Of a DNA stretch of 64,000 nt, positions 36,054-46,200 are shown in pieces. Numbering within the stretch: the stretch's first letter is position 1; the number at the start of each line of letters is the position of its first letter. A program made the position numbers and the translations under genes. Below the pieces are notes generated by a model. The model searched no databases. It worked only from the letters and a program-made list of their open reading frames with translations, and was not told the DNA's origin. This stretch comes from a bacterium (GTDB lineage Bacteria > Patescibacteriota > Microgenomatia > Levybacterales > UBA12049): contig JAJYDJ010000001.1 in the NCBI GenBank assembly GCA_021777565.1, forward strand, positions 88,431-152,430, written 5' to 3'.

Positions 36054-36590
36054 ATGTATAAAAGAAACGCAGGCCAGCTTCGCCACGAACCGGTGAACGA
36101 AGAAGAAAAAAGTAAATTAAAGAAAAATCCTATCTATATTATCTGTGATAACATCTTGGACACATATAATACTGGTTCAATTTTTCGCTTAGCAGATGCA
36201 GTTGCCGCGACAAAAGTATATTTGTGTGGGGTGACTGAAACACCACCAAATACGAGGATAAAAAAAGCATCAATAAATACAACCGAATGGGTAGACTGGG
36301 AATACTGTACAACAACCAAAGAAGCAATTGAAAAAGTGCGCCAGGAAGTCCTAGGGGTGCAAGTGGTAGTCATCGAGCAGGACGAGAAGAGTGTCCCATT
36401 TGATAAGGCAATGTATCAAACACCAGTGGCCTTTGTCGCGTGTAATGAAAGTACGGGTGCGACACCAGATGTTTTGGAAGCAGCAGATCTGATCGTTGAG
36501 ATGCCGATGTTTGGAGTTAATGTGTCGCTTAACGTAATGGTAAGTCTGGGGATAGTGCTCTATATGGCCGTGAGTAAATTGGAATTCTAA
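36054..36590 (+). CDS. TrmH/SpoU family RNA methyltransferase
   Basis: DNILDTYNTGSIFRLAD, NESTG, MPMFG..VSLNV. Confidence 0.9.
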   Translation: MYKRNAGQLRHEPVNEEEKSKLKKNPIYIICDNILDTYNTGSIFRLADAVAATKVYLCGVTETPPNTRIKKASINTTEWVDWEYCTTTKEAIEKVRQEVLGVQVVVIEQDEKSVPFDKAMYQTPVAFVACNESTGATPDVLEAADLIVEMPMFGVNVSLNVMVSLGIVLYMAVSKLEF

Positions 36591-37882
36591 TTCCCGAGTA
36601 GTGCAACAGTTCTTCTAGCTATAGCTGGTGCCGCATACATCTGCATGGTTCTTTCTCGAAGTGCCTGAGTATCAAGGGCAGGCTTGCCACTTGATAGGTA
36701 GTTGTGAATTCTTTGAGCTATATCAGCGTGGAGCACTATACTCGGGAGCACGAGTGCATTATAGTCGGTTGTTTCCATCATCGCGGGGTCTGTAGATATG
36801 GCCGCAGGGCATCCACAAAGGGCTGCTTCCAGTGGGGTCAGACTAAACCCTTCATTGGTAAACAACGCCAAAAGAAGATCAGAATGTTGAAAAAGCCATG
36901 GCATATAACTCCATTCAACCCCCCCTAAAAATAAGAGTGAACAGGTCTGAGGGTCAGTCTGATGGATAAGCTCTTGAATACGTTGCCAATAGAGTACATT
37001 CTCAGGTTTTCTCTCATCCGGCGTCCCAGTGACAATGAGTGCCACATGTCGTCCATACCGTTTCTGATATTCCTGGCAGACCGCTATGGCATGCTCGATC
37101 CCTTTTTGACCTACGATACGTGCGGGTACCACAATACGCAGCGCATCATGATCACCAAAAAGAATTTGTTCTGCCATCTGTTCAGTCTGTGGGAGCTGGT
37201 AGTGCGCGGTAAATTCGTGAAATGCTGGGGCTAACTCGGTAATAGTGTGTGGTGCCGGATGTACGGCTGCCAAGAATTGATCATCTATCGGATTACCAAT
37301 AACCTCAATGTGATAGTCAGGGACATGCGCCCCCTGGTCTCTCATCTTCTCTAGTTGGTCCACAAATTGTGCCCTTCGTGTTTCACTAATAAGTGCAATA
37401 CGGGTGCCATCAACGGTAGGGAGAAGGCGTTGGAGTTGCTCGGTACTGGCTCGTCTGGCATCATGGACCCAGAGCACCACTGGTTCGCCACCATCTCGTT
37501 CCCTTTGATCTGCCATTTCTGCCATGGCAACGCCAAAGGGAGGATTATGCCCGGCAGCATTGGTCGTATTATGGGCAATAACAGCTCCACCCCCAGAGAT
37601 ATCTTCAACTTGATCAACAATTCTGGCCACTGTTGCTGGGTCTACATCAGTTTGTCCAGCTGCCCAGGTTGGGTGGGCAGCACTACGAATATCGGGAACG
37701 ACGACGATGTCGTGGCTCTCTGGATCAGAATGGTCTGTTGCGCCAACAATTAATGTGGTGTGAATTCCTTCTGCTTGCAGCAGTTCCCGTTGGGTTGCAA
37801 TGACGCGCTCGACACCAGGAAGGGCACTGCCTGCTTGGTGGCCGTTGGATGAAAAGTGTGCGATAGATACTTCTTCTGTCAT
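36587..37882 (-). CDS. GT4 glycosyltransferase
   Basis: PARIVGQKGIE, EGFSLTPLEA. Confidence 0.85.
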   Translation of the reverse strand: MTEEVSIAHFSSNGHQAGSALPGVERVIATQRELLQAEGIHTTLIVGATDHSDPESHDIVVVPDIRSAAHPTWAAGQTDVDPATVARIVDQVEDISGGGAVIAHNTTNAAGHNPPFGVAMAEMADQRERDGGEPVVLWVHDARRASTEQLQRLLPTVDGTRIALISETRRAQFVDQLEKMRDQGAHVPDYHIEVIGNPIDDQFLAAVHPAPHTITELAPAFHEFTAHYQLPQTEQMAEQILFGDHDALRIVVPARIVGQKGIEHAIAVCQEYQKRYGRHVALIVTGTPDERKPENVLYWQRIQELIHQTDPQTCSLLFLGGVEWSYMPWLFQHSDLLLALFTNEGFSLTPLEAALCGCPAAISTDPAMMETTDYNALVLPSIVLHADIAQRIHNYLSSGKPALDTQALRERTMQMYAAPAIARRTVALLGN

Positions 37883-37908
37883 ATATGAAAAATGTTTCTG
37901 ACGACTTG

Positions 37909-39258
37909 TCAGCGGATATACGAGGTTAGGTTGTGGGCAAGGAGTGTATCATCATGGTATTTCTTTGCCAGGGCATAATTGCGGGTGGCAAGGGCTTCTA
38001 AACTCACAGGGTCCTGTAAATGAGCAAGTGTGGCACGTGCTGCAAAAGTAAGCACCCGTTTTGGGACAAGGAAAAATTGATCTTTCTTTTCTACGGTGTG
38101 CCCGAGGGACACGTATTCATACCCTTCTGGCTGAATGTCACTTAAGAATACCGGATACTCAAAAAGTACGGTTAGTTTTTTGAAATAAAATGCTTCAAGG
38201 AGTTGGTTCCCAAACCCTTCCCAGATAGACGTATAGGTAACGATATCTGCAATCGGGTAACTATCCCAGAAGGAATACTCATTTTCTTTTGGTTTTCGAT
38301 CAACTGAAGTGAGGACATCGCTAGCCCACAGGATATTGACGTGAAGTCGTTTGGCAAGCATATCTAGTTGTGCTTGATAATCAGATTCGGCTGCTTCTAC
38401 AAAATTTGGGAGCACAAGCCATACCTTGTTTTTTGTGGTAAATGGACGAGCGAGGATATGTACTGGCATCTCTTCTCTGAGAACTTTCTCGAACTCACTG
38501 GTAAAATAGATCGCATTCTCAATTGCCTTGCGCCTGGCGATTCGAGTTGCATGTAAAATAACGACGTCATTAGGTCCGATACCGAGTTTTTTTCTTACTG
38601 CGGCCTCTCGTGTTGGATTTGGTTTATATGGTGTTTTGTAGTCAAAGTAGTCTGCGATACAGTGGGCACTGATAGAACGTCTTTTCAAAAGTTCTTTTTC
38701 TGCCAGTGAGTTTATGACTTCATGGGCTTTGATATACGGTCGTTTTGGAGGAAGTTCAGTCAGAATATTTTGTATAAATGGATATGGGGAGTGTGAGAAC
38801 CGCTCTCTCTCAAACCAAAAATCATGATGAAGGGCAACGACTGGGGTTTTGAGCTCATCTAAGGCCTTAATGACTGCCGTTGTGCCAGGGAGGTTATAGG
38901 CATGTGAGAAAAGATTATGGATAAAAATCAGGTCTGGTTTTTCTTTTTTGACTAACGCCAAAAACTTCTTATATATTTTTTCTTCAAGTTCACGATACCT
39001 CTGTACGAGGTCTTGTTCAGAGACTTTGCCATCGCCAAACATAATTTCACGAATATTGGTGATCTCCGGATTTTTCAAGTCCAGCTCAGGAATAATGCAG
39101 GTACTTTTTCTCTTTAATCCATCAACTCCGGCGCAGAGAACGACTTTGGTATTCAGCTTTTTGAACGTACGAGCTCGCTTCTCAATCTCGAGGCTAACTC
39201 CGTCCCGTTCACCGATGCGGTAGTGCACAATAAGGACCCTCTGAGAAGGTTTTTTCAT
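37909..39258 (-). CDS. GT4 glycosyltransferase (mannosylglucosylglycerate-synthase-like)
   Basis: DGVSLEIEK, HHDFWFER, TRIARRKAIE, YTSIWEGFGNQLLEA. Confidence 0.88.
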   Translation of the reverse strand: MKKPSQRVLIVHYRIGERDGVSLEIEKRARTFKKLNTKVVLCAGVDGLKRKSTCIIPELDLKNPEITNIREIMFGDGKVSEQDLVQRYRELEEKIYKKFLALVKKEKPDLIFIHNLFSHAYNLPGTTAVIKALDELKTPVVALHHDFWFERERFSHSPYPFIQNILTELPPKRPYIKAHEVINSLAEKELLKRRSISAHCIADYFDYKTPYKPNPTREAAVRKKLGIGPNDVVILHATRIARRKAIENAIYFTSEFEKVLREEMPVHILARPFTTKNKVWLVLPNFVEAAESDYQAQLDMLAKRLHVNILWASDVLTSVDRKPKENEYSFWDSYPIADIVTYTSIWEGFGNQLLEAFYFKKLTVLFEYPVFLSDIQPEGYEYVSLGHTVEKKDQFFLVPKRVLTFAARATLAHLQDPVSLEALATRNYALAKKYHDDTLLAHNLTSYIR

Positions 39259-39361
39259 AGATACATTATACAAGAAATAAAACCCGTCGCATGACACTCG
39301 ACAGCGACAAATTCCTGACAATCTGACAAAATTGAAAAAGAAGCATGAAAAATCGTATAAT

Positions 39362-40663
39362 ATGGCTACCATGGAAGACTTCATGCCTGAATTGAGATAT
39401 CCTCTCTCATTCCGAGAAGAAGACGCGGCAAAACTCGGGGAACTTCTCCAGCAGAATAAATCAGTAGAACTAATTGGTATGAAGCGAGTGGGCATCAGTA
39501 ACTTTCTTCAATTTTTTGTATTTCACAAAGGGATACAGGCAAAATATTTGGCTGAGCATACGCACCCATTATGTGTCTTGGTTGACCTGAACGATTTAGT
39601 CGAGCGTGAACTTTTTGCATTTTGGAGACTTCTGCTAAAACGTATTGTTGACGCCGCGGAGGATGAACCACACTTAGATAAAGAAGTTGTGAAGAGAATG
39701 CATACTATTTTCCTCGAGTGTATACAGACGGGGGATTCATTCATGACCTATGATGGGGTGAAAGAATGTATTACCCTTTTGGCTCAACAAAAAAGGTACA
39801 TAGTCCTTTTCTTTAATCGCTTTCACCGCCTACATGACTCAATGTCACTTGAATTTTTCCACAACTTATTAAGCTTGCAGAATGCATCACAAAAAAGACT
39901 TTCATTTGTTTTTACCAACTATAGACCACTCTCTTACATGCTTGGGGATATGTTTGTAAAAAACAACATTACCTTCCCGACGATCCTGACAGTAAAGCCT
40001 GCAAAGACAAAGGATATGCATGTTGTTCTCAAAAGTCTCGAAACGCAGTATCGTCTGGAGTTGGAACCACATATTCGTGAAGCTATTCTGACTCAGTCAG
40101 GTGGGCATATTTATTACCTCACGATTGCCTGTATTCTCTTGAAAGAACTCGAGGGCAAATCAGGTATTACTGCTGATCAAATCATAGAGCTTCTTCGACA
40201 GGACGAACGCGTGAAATCTCTCTCTGAAGAACTGTGGGAAAGCCTCTCTTCTAAAGAACAACAGGTATTTATGAAAATGCTTAAAAAAGAGTCGATCACA
40301 GCAAGCGACAAGCAAGCTGCAGCGTACTTGTGGGATATGGGATTTATTGTTGGTACCACCACCGTCTTTAGTCCATTATTCTCACATTTTGTCCTTTCGC
40401 AAAGAACTGTTGCGGAGGAAAATGATATGACCTTTACCAAAAAAGAAGCACTTCTTTTTGAGGCACTCAGAAAAAGAGTTTTTGAAGTATGTACCAGAGA
40501 GGAAATTATTGATGAAGTTTGGCCTGAATACAAGGCCTATGGTATTTCAGATTGGTCAATTGATAGGCTTATCTCGAGGGTCAGAGTAAAGCTAAAAAAA
40601 CAAAATAATCCGTATGAAATTTTGACTATTAGAACGCGTGGATATAGATTGGTAACCGTTTAA
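39362..40663 (+). CDS. STAND/AAA-like NTPase with C-terminal OmpR/PhoB winged-helix DNA-binding domain
   Basis: GMKRVGIS (degenerate Walker A), SGGH; TKKE..LF..REEII..VW..IDRLISRVR.KL..TIRTRGY. Confidence 0.85.
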   Translation: MATMEDFMPELRYPLSFREEDAAKLGELLQQNKSVELIGMKRVGISNFLQFFVFHKGIQAKYLAEHTHPLCVLVDLNDLVERELFAFWRLLLKRIVDAAEDEPHLDKEVVKRMHTIFLECIQTGDSFMTYDGVKECITLLAQQKRYIVLFFNRFHRLHDSMSLEFFHNLLSLQNASQKRLSFVFTNYRPLSYMLGDMFVKNNITFPTILTVKPAKTKDMHVVLKSLETQYRLELEPHIREAILTQSGGHIYYLTIACILLKELEGKSGITADQIIELLRQDERVKSLSEELWESLSSKEQQVFMKMLKKESITASDKQAAAYLWDMGFIVGTTTVFSPLFSHFVLSQRTVAEENDMTFTKKEALLFEALRKRVFEVCTREEIIDEVWPEYKAYGISDWSIDRLISRVRVKLKKQNNPYEILTIRTRGYRLVTV

Positions 40664-42324
40664 TTCCTCTGAGTAACTACGTAGTAAGGGTCTGATTTCA
40701 CATCATCCAACCAGTAAAAAATCTTCACCACGTGTGCATCCTTGAGATTAAGATCGCCAAGGTGAATACCACAATACACTGACAGTGATCCAGTCGGCAT
40801 CGTTTTGGTATCGATATATCCCGGGAACAAGGTAATCCCAGAAACAGTTCCTGTTGGGGGAACCATCTCGTCATACGCATCAAAGGGACTAATGCGATAA
40901 TTACTAAATCGTTCTGTTTTGAATGCATTATTCCAGGTGATCATATCTTTGCTTGGAAGGTTGGCAAAATACCACAGGTGCAGCGCGTCATTACCCCAAT
41001 TCTGGCAGGTGTGATCGTTGAGGAAATAAATTTTTTGTGATGGATTTTTTTGTAATTGTAAACGAATAAACTGTCCGAGTCGTGTCTGTGCAGGGGTAAA
41101 CTCTGCCACAGAAGTTGTTCTGAAATGTACAAAATAAATGTGAGCAAAAAGTCCCGCTTGATAGACAAAAAGCAGTGTCACACATCCCCAGAAGAAAGTT
41201 TGGAAAAGTAATTTCTGTTTGGCCATTCTCTCCATAATCCAAAGCACACCAAAACTAATAACAATCGGCAGTGAGATAGTCATGAGTGGCACGATGCGGG
41301 TTGCGTAAGGGGTTTGAGACGTCAGTGCTGAAGGGAAACCGGCAATCAGTGTAAACGTTACAAGAAACATCCAAGACCACTGTTTGATTGAAAAGTTTTT
41401 GATGACATACCAAAGTCCAACGAGATATGGCACAAAAAGAAATTGTAAAAATATGCCATTCTCTTTTGTCCCATGGCGATAGGCAAAGACAACGCCTTTA
41501 TCAAAAAGAAGTTCCAGATTCCAATTGCGAAGAAGTGAGGTTGAGATACTATTGATACGATCTGTAAGATACGCCCATCCTTTCAGGTCAGTATTCCCCA
41601 TAAGGTAACTTAACGGCCGGCTGTCAAGTTTGGCAAAAATCAGGGATGGAAGAAAGCTGATGACATTGGCAAGCATAAATCCGGCGAGTAACAACCAGAC
41701 CTGTTTTTTCTTTCTTTCACGGATAAACCAAATAGCCAGTAACAGAACAGTAAAAACTGGCAAGATGAAACGTGGCGCAGGATAGGTCCAGTTGGCGACA
41801 AAAAGTGCGGCAAGCCCGAGTGGGATCCAGAGTCTGAGTTTCACCTTGTTTAAAATTTGCCAGAGAGCGACGAGGTAGAGAAGAATAAAAAATGTTGCAA
41901 AGGTGGTCTCGTAGGCAATACGCGCAAAATGAATCGCGAAAAGACTCAGTGAGAGCATGCTCATGCTGATCCATGACAAGTCTTTCTTCTCAGGGAACAA
42001 CAAGCGCACAAAGTAACCAAGTAAAAAGATGGTGGCAATAGAAGCCAGAAGGGAGGGGAGGCGGATAGCCAAAAGGGTTGGACCCAGAAAACGATAGCTT
42101 AGCGCTGCTGCATAAATATATCCTGGAAGTTTATAATCTGTCGCGTCTTCAAAGACAAACGGGAAGGCTCTTCCATATTGGTCAGTCCCATTCTCAATGA
42201 GTGATTTGGCATCAACTGCCATGTTGATTTCATCAATAAAAAATCCACCAGGGAGAGAGTTGACCTGATAGAGCCTGAATGCAATACCGATACCAATAAG
42301 AATAATAAAAATTAACTTCTTCAT
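40660..42324 (-). CDS. GT-C (ArnT/PMT-like) polyprenol-phosphate-sugar transferase
   Basis: FRLY..PGGFFIDE, GTDQYG..P, DYKLPGYIY, IRLPS; many TM helices. Confidence 0.85.
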   Translation of the reverse strand: MKKLIFIILIGIGIAFRLYQVNSLPGGFFIDEINMAVDAKSLIENGTDQYGRAFPFVFEDATDYKLPGYIYAAALSYRFLGPTLLAIRLPSLLASIATIFLLGYFVRLLFPEKKDLSWISMSMLSLSLFAIHFARIAYETTFATFFILLYLVALWQILNKVKLRLWIPLGLAALFVANWTYPAPRFILPVFTVLLLAIWFIRERKKKQVWLLLAGFMLANVISFLPSLIFAKLDSRPLSYLMGNTDLKGWAYLTDRINSISTSLLRNWNLELLFDKGVVFAYRHGTKENGIFLQFLFVPYLVGLWYVIKNFSIKQWSWMFLVTFTLIAGFPSALTSQTPYATRIVPLMTISLPIVISFGVLWIMERMAKQKLLFQTFFWGCVTLLFVYQAGLFAHIYFVHFRTTSVAEFTPAQTRLGQFIRLQLQKNPSQKIYFLNDHTCQNWGNDALHLWYFANLPSKDMITWNNAFKTERFSNYRISPFDAYDEMVPPTGTVSGITLFPGYIDTKTMPTGSLSVYCGIHLGDLNLKDAHVVKIFYWLDDVKSDPYYVVTQRN

Positions 42325-42881
42325 TGTTTTCTTTGTAAACGCTTCAACACGTCTGCAATACCAAAAAATTCAAATGCACGAAGCATAATAACGAGCGGAA
42401 TAAGTTTGACTGGATTTTGATAGGGCAAAAAAAGTGCTGCTGCCAGGACAGAAAGAAGCAGGAGAAGTGGGACAATTTTTGGAAGACGTTTGAAGTCTCG
42501 AATCCATGCCACCAGCGCGATCAAGAAAAAAGGAAGTTCAATTGCCGGTAGTATGGGGGTTGATGATTCATTATCACGTGCATAAAAACTCAGTGGCGTC
42601 AGAGAGTAGAGATAGGAAAGATCAGTCACCTGAGAAATGTTCACAAAATAATCTTCAAGAAACAGGGTTGCCTTGTTATGAAACACTCTCGTGAGGAGTA
42701 CCTGGGAAGAGTCGTGGTCAAAATTGGTCATGATGCCGATACGTGCAGTGACAGAACTATCTTTCAAGAAAAATGTTAGATGATCATGCCAGGCGGTTTT
42801 CGGGATAGCAACAACATACCACGCAGTCGTTATCAAAAGAAATACAGTCAAAAGTATGCCTTTCATAGTGGGGTATGTCAC
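42321..42881 (-). CDS. Membrane protein resembling the central part of GT-C/PMT-like proteins
   Basis: TRVFHNK..EDY..E.PFFLI parallels TRIFHNK..YDY..EIPFLLI in 55089-56732. Confidence 0.6.
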   Translation of the reverse strand: MTYPTMKGILLTVFLLITTAWYVVAIPKTAWHDHLTFFLKDSSVTARIGIMTNFDHDSSQVLLTRVFHNKATLFLEDYFVNISQVTDLSYLYSLTPLSFYARDNESSTPILPAIELPFFLIALVAWIRDFKRLPKIVPLLLLLSVLAAALFLPYQNPVKLIPLVIMLRAFEFFGIADVLKRLQRKQ

Positions 42882-42990
42882 TAGTGTCCCATATTTCTGG
42901 CATGAAGAAAAGAGGAGTAACTTGTGATCTACTTCACATTTGTTGACAAATACGTTACTGTTGAGAGAGACCCGAGAGGTGGTGATACGT

Positions 42991-43200
42991 CTGAAAAATT
43001 TTAAATTTACTTGTACTTGTGGGCAAATCGTTATCGTTCAAGCTGACAGTAAGGAAGAGGCACTCTTAAAGCTCATGGAAGTGGTCGATACTGATCTGGT
43101 AAAGCATATGAGCGAAAAACATCCTGGTGAACCAATCCCACCGGTGAGAAATGCAAAGGAATATGTGGATGAACATACGGTTGAAGTGATCGAGGAATAA
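42991..43200 (+). CDS. Small DUF1059-like metal-binding protein, probable CTG start
   Basis: GAGGTGGTGAT SD then CTG-AAA-AAT; FTCTCG..A.SKEEA..HMSEKHPGE. Confidence 0.6.
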   Translation: MKNFKFTCTCGQIVIVQADSKEEALLKLMEVVDTDLVKHMSEKHPGEPIPPVRNAKEYVDEHTVEVIEE

Positions 43201-43204
43201 CAAC

Positions 43205-46200
43205 TTATCCTAGATATGATGGACTTTTAATATCACGTAAATACGTGAGCAATTTGGAGAATGAAATAGTAGCAACTCCCACACGGGTATCTGCGGCGCC
43301 ATAGTAAATATACAGGGTATCGTCTTTCACGACTGCACCACACGGGAAGACAACGTTATTCACGATCCCTGAAATCTCATACTGCTGATCTGGTTCCATA
43401 ATAGGCCATGGCGTGCGAGAAAGGACAATTGATGGGTCTTTCAAATCCAGAAGCATCGCCCCAACACGGTAAATATGGCTTAATTTACTCACGCCATGAT
43501 AGAGAAGCAGCCACCCATCTGGTGTTTTGATAGGCGGAGCACTGACACCAATTTTTTCACTATCCCAAGAATCTCCACGTGGGGGGATATAGGCATGGGT
43601 ATGCATCCAGTGGGTGTCATCAATTTGAGTGAAATCCTCGACAAAGCTCAATGCGATAGAGTTTTGCAGTCTATGAATCACACAGAATCTTTCACCAAAT
43701 TTTTCTGGAAAAAGTGCGGCATCTTTGTCATCAATTCCTGGCGGAGATAACAGAATTGGATCAGCCCAGTTATATTCGCGAGCGTGAAAATTGTCGATAC
43801 TTATCGATGTGAGCGCGACGCGGGGAGGTTCAACACCATTGTAGGCAGTGTAGGTAAGGTATAAGGTCTTATCAACGATCGTTGCTCGTGGGTCTTCACA
43901 CCCTGAATTATTGCCAGGATTTTTCTTGCGCTCAAATTCGGCACGAGGTACATAAATTGGGATTTCGCCACGTTTACTAATAGTAAGTCCATCTTTGGTA
44001 TCAGCATGACCAAGCACAGAGGTATTGTCTGTCGACATTGCCCGATACAAAATATGCAGTTCCTTATCTCTCGCAGCAGTACAATCTTCTGGGCTGATAC
44101 AGATGACAGCTGGATTAAAGACTGCTTTCTCTTCCCATTGATGCTCAGGTATTGGTGATAACAGTGGAGTGTCATATTTTTTTACACGGATTGGGACAAC
44201 GGCATTGGTACGCATATGGGCATACACATCATCAATATCAAAAGTGGCTAGCGCGCAGTACTGATCCGCAGCACCATAGTAAACATATAGAAGTCCACTG
44301 ACTATTGCAGCACCTGTTGGGAAGACAACTCGTGGTGCAATACCATTAATCTCATACGTCGCCTCAGGAGTAAGAATAGGACTTTCTGTCCAGGCAATAA
44401 TATTGTATGGGTTGTTTAGATCAAGAAGGACTGCCTCCACACCTAGGATACGTTTATCGGGCCTATCATAATGTTGCATGTGGCTGTAAATAAAAAGCCA
44501 TCCTTTTTCTGTCTTGATCGGGACTGCGCCAACTTCTACCTGGTCTGAGGTCATACGTCTCACAGGAAGGATGTGTTTATCAAGCTCGCGATACCACTGA
44601 TTCCAGTACATCTCGTCCCACATGTCTTCTTTTTTGTCGAAAGTGGCAATACAAATTTGATCGGGCTTTGGTGGCACATCCGTGTCAACGGTCAAAAGAG
44701 CAACATACTTCCCATTAATTTTCTCTGATAAAAGTACCATGGCTTTGGCATTAAATGGCGTAATAAGATGTTTCTCAGGTTTTCCAGAAAGGTCAGTGAA
44801 GAGAGCAAGGCCAACTTTAATGTTATCCGGGCCATAGGGGAATCCACCCAGAGCCGTGTAGAAGACAAAATACTCATTATCCACTTTACAGATACGAGGG
44901 TCTTCACACCCATATCTGTCCCAATCCTCAGACGGGACAACAAGCTGTCGTCGACGAGTGAAGTGAATACCATCTTTGGTGTCAGCAATGCCAACGGTGC
45001 GCAGATTCAGTTTATGACCTTCATAGTCCTGCTCAGCACTGTCTGCACGGTAGACAAAGCGCACTGCATGAGGCTCAATGAGTATTGATCCATTCATTGT
45101 CCCTTGGGCTTCCCATGGATGCTCTGGATCAGGAGAAAGAATAGGATTTTGGGTACTTCGTGCTGCCTTTTTGGTATCAAAGAGTGACTGAATAATCGGG
45201 TGGCTCAATTTTGCTACTTCAGAATATTTCAGCTCAGAGAGGAACTGTTCGAGATTGGCTGTCGCGACACAGACATGCCAATCAGCGCCACCATAGTATA
45301 CGTATAACGTGTCGCCGATCACGACTGCTCCACAGGGATAGACGACGCCACCTTTAAAGCCTTCCCATTCATACCAGGCTTCTGGTTCAAGAATAGGTGC
45401 CTTACTTCTGGCAATCACTTTTGTAGGATCATCAAGGTCCAGAAGCATTGCCCCGACCAGATATCGTCCGGCTCCTTCTTGATCACACGTGCCATGATAA
45501 ATCAGAAGCCATCCATCTTTTGTTTTGATAGGAGGTGCACCAGCGGCAATTTTACGACTGTCCCACATATCAGGACGGGGAGAGATTTTAAATTCACCTT
45601 TAAGGAAATTATCCTTCCCATCAAATTCCAGACTGTCGACAAAGTCAATCAAAATGTCAGGGAAGATGCGGTGCATGACGACATATTTACCGTTTACTTT
45701 CTCTGGGAAAATAACGGCATTTTTATCAATGACCCCAGGAGGGGAGATGAGGACTGGCTTTTCCCAGAGCCAGCGTTTGTTAAGAAAATCTGCTGCTGCG
45801 ATAGAGGTGAGAGCGATACGAGGTTGGTCATAGCCGTTAAAGGCCACATAGGTCATGTAGAATCTATCACCAATGCGCGTAATGCGAGCGTCTTCGACAC
45901 CACCACAGCCACCGGCTGACATGTACTCTGTTACGACTTCTTCAGGCTTTATATATGGTGTGTACTCAAATGGCTCACTCGGACGATAGATTGGTTCTTC
46001 AAGTCTTTCATCAATATGGATACCGTCACTACTGGACGCATATCCCACTACTGATACCCAGTCATCTCCTTGTGCACGGTAGAGAATGTGAACTTTGCCA
46101 CTGTCATAGATTGCGGCGGGGTTAAAGGTGCCATGAGATTCCCAGGCGGTGGGCTGTGGCGCGATGAGCGGATTGGTTTCAGGACGTGCAAGATGCAAGG

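Noticed and set aside
37909-39495. 528-aa extended GT4 start
   Set aside because: The extension overlaps the divergent regulator; ATG 39258 has its own TATAAT and matches the family N-terminus
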